Shown piece by piece: positions 62,977-64,000 of a stretch of DNA of 64,000 nt. The DNA is from a phage. Under the pieces are notes generated by a model. It saw only the letters and a program-made list of their open reading frames with translations, had not been told where the DNA came from and made no database searches. Every line of letters starts with the position of its first letter. The stretch's first letter is position 1. Both the position numbers and the translations under genes were made by a program. Location of the stretch: the sequence record PZ738962.1; one strand, 5' to 3'.

Positions 62977-63005
62977 AGTATAGGGGATCACCGATCCCCT
63001 GTCAA
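62977..63005 (-). promoter_or_regulatory. PeSL-type early promoter (TTGACA-N17-TATACT) with GGGGATC.../...GATCCCC stem-loop
   Basis: inverted repeat GGGGATCGGTGATCCCC; near-duplicate of 53282 copy. Confidence 0.55.
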
Positions 63006-63022
63006 CAACTTTTTTTATGATT

Positions 63023-63277
63023 TTAGTGAATTAACTCTACACCAAAATGAGGCACAGAGAACGCCTTACAAAACACATATTCATCATGTTTAGGAATCGC
63101 CCCTAACCGCTCTATTTCGCTCGCTAACACTATAAACTGTTTATCTGGTGCATATGCCTTGCGTGCTTCAACAACGCACGGAAAACGCGTTTTAGCGAGT
63201 TCGGGATAGTTTTCTGACTCCAGCAGGACAATGAATACCCTGTTACATTGATTGTAGAATCCTGTTTTTGATTTCAT
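63023..63277 (-). CDS. hypothetical protein, possible member of paralog family B (84 aa from ATG; start uncertain)
   Basis: ATG at 63277; overlaps upstream gene end; alternative ATG at 63319. Confidence 0.35.
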   Translation of the reverse strand: MKSKTGFYNQCNRVFIVLLESENYPELAKTRFPCVVEARKAYAPDKQFIVLASEIERLGAIPKHDEYVFCKAFSVPHFGVELIH

Positions 63278-63581
63278 CAAGTTTTCTTCTCTGTACAATT
63301 CGTGCAATCTTCCTTTCATGATTTCGTTGGTTCTTGTCTTCACAGTTTACCCACTCAACAAGGTCTTTACCTAACTCGAAAGCCCATTCTCGGTCTTGCT
63401 TTACGTTTTGTAGGTATGGACTTTCTGACACTCTACGAAGTGATGTTGTCGTAACAAGAATGATCTCAGGAATGGTCGGATGTTCTTTTCCATATACAAT
63501 AGGACGCGAGTTACTATCAATACCTTGTAAGAAGGTGTATCCTGAATCACTTAGAATCATATACTTTTTCATTTCACACAT
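63243..63581 (-). CDS. paralog-family protein B2 (SDSGYTF...PIVYG motif)
   Basis: ATG at 63581 overlapping upstream stop (TGATG); N-terminal region similar to 63581..63838. Confidence 0.45.
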   Translation of the reverse strand: MCEMKKYMILSDSGYTFLQGIDSNSRPIVYGKEHPTIPEIILVTTTSLRRVSESPYLQNVKQDREWAFELGKDLVEWVNCEDKNQRNHERKIARIVQRRKLDEIKNRILQSM

Positions 63582-63838
63582 CACAGTTTCCTCAACCAGT
63601 TATTAAAGCGAGTAAACCATGATGCTTTTCGTGCTTCTTTTACTTTATGTGCACGCAAACCACTGAAACACCATTCATAATCATCACTGAAACATGATTC
63701 CACAGGAACACCCGCATTTCGTAGTTCTCTGGTCTTTATCATGAATCCTTGACATAAGGGGCGACCTTCAACAATGACAGGAAGTTTAACTTTTTCCATG
63801 AAAGTATACCCAGCACGGTCAATAATTTCAATCTTCAT
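63581..63838 (-). CDS. paralog-family protein B1 (85 aa)
   Basis: ATG with GAGGATTATATT upstream; IIDRAGYTF...LPVIVEGRP...AGVP...YEWCF. Confidence 0.5.
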   Translation of the reverse strand: MKIEIIDRAGYTFMEKVKLPVIVEGRPLCQGFMIKTRELRNAGVPVESCFSDDYEWCFSGLRAHKVKEARKASWFTRFNNWLRKL

Positions 63839-63856
63839 AATATAATCCTCAATTAG

Positions 63857-64000
63857 TTATACCGCCCAGGCTTCATTTGCACGAAAACACCATTCATATT
63901 CAGGAAAATAACCTTTAATTGGTACGCCAGCTTTTTGTAGTTCCTGCGTTTCTACAAGATAATCAAGCCCATAACGACGACCTTCCACGATGATAGGAAG
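63857..64000 (-). CDS. paralog-family protein B0, C-terminal part only (ORF runs off window end)
   Basis: open frame to position 64000; ...LPIIVEGRRYGLDYLVETQELQKAGVPIKGYFPEYEWCFRANEAWAV, clear paralog of 63581..63838. Confidence 0.45.
   Translation of the reverse strand, partial: LPIIVEGRRYGLDYLVETQELQKAGVPIKGYFPEYEWCFRANEAWAV

Noticed and set aside
14646-63005. Dispersed direct repeats as a possible CRISPR array
   Set aside because: The repeats are separated by whole genes of variable length, each sits at a gene 5' end with promoter hexamers, and no cas genes are present.
1-64000. tRNA or other structured RNA genes
   Set aside because: Intergenic spaces are short and filled by promoters or terminators; I saw no cloverleaf-sized conserved stretch, though no formal tRNA scan could be run.

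Overview
This window reads as about 64 kb of a T4-like (Tevenvirinae-type) myovirus genome, annotated by eye from the sequence and the ORF track; no searches were run. Positions 1-12001 carry the rightward late tail-fibre and lysis module (34, 35, 36, 37, holin t), with TATAAATA late promoters and intrinsic terminators; rnh and two small genes run leftward at the far left. From 12037 to the end almost everything is on the minus strand: the early/middle replication-recombination backbone 52, rIIB, rIIA, 39, dexA, dda, mod ADP-ribosyltransferase, 56, 61, 41, uvsX, 43, regA, 62, 44, 45, 46, 47, 55, nrdG, nrdD, 49, dam. Between these sit many small ORFs, most with no recognisable family. At least 18 copies of one intergenic cassette (TTGACA, 16-17 bp spacer, -10-like hexamer, stem-loop across spacer and -10, then a conserved leader ending GGAGAATCA...ATG) match my recollection of the promoter-early stem-loop (PeSL) cassettes of RB49-like pseudo-T-even phages. 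Within this window I found no gene 38 after 37, no asiA/motA between t and 52, and no gene 42/beta-gt between uvsX and 43; they may lie elsewhere in the genome. The most interesting unexplained content is: (1) a dispersed array of seven or eight paralogous proteins with a repeated roughly 90-aa module, flanking nrdG-nrdD; (2) a 489-aa P-loop/helicase-like NTPase beside a 52-aa membrane-anchored protein with two CxxCxGxG zinc-finger motifs; (3) a small DUF2829 (Tad2-like) candidate and a secreted DUF1311 (LprI-like) protein in the t-52 cassette region; (4) a second small-protein paralog family at the right edge. Many track ORFs begin at GTG/TTG; I moved starts to the ATG (or SD-supported TTG/GTG) that fits the ribosome-binding site or T4 homologue. 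All family assignments are from remembered motifs and T4 sequences and need database confirmation.
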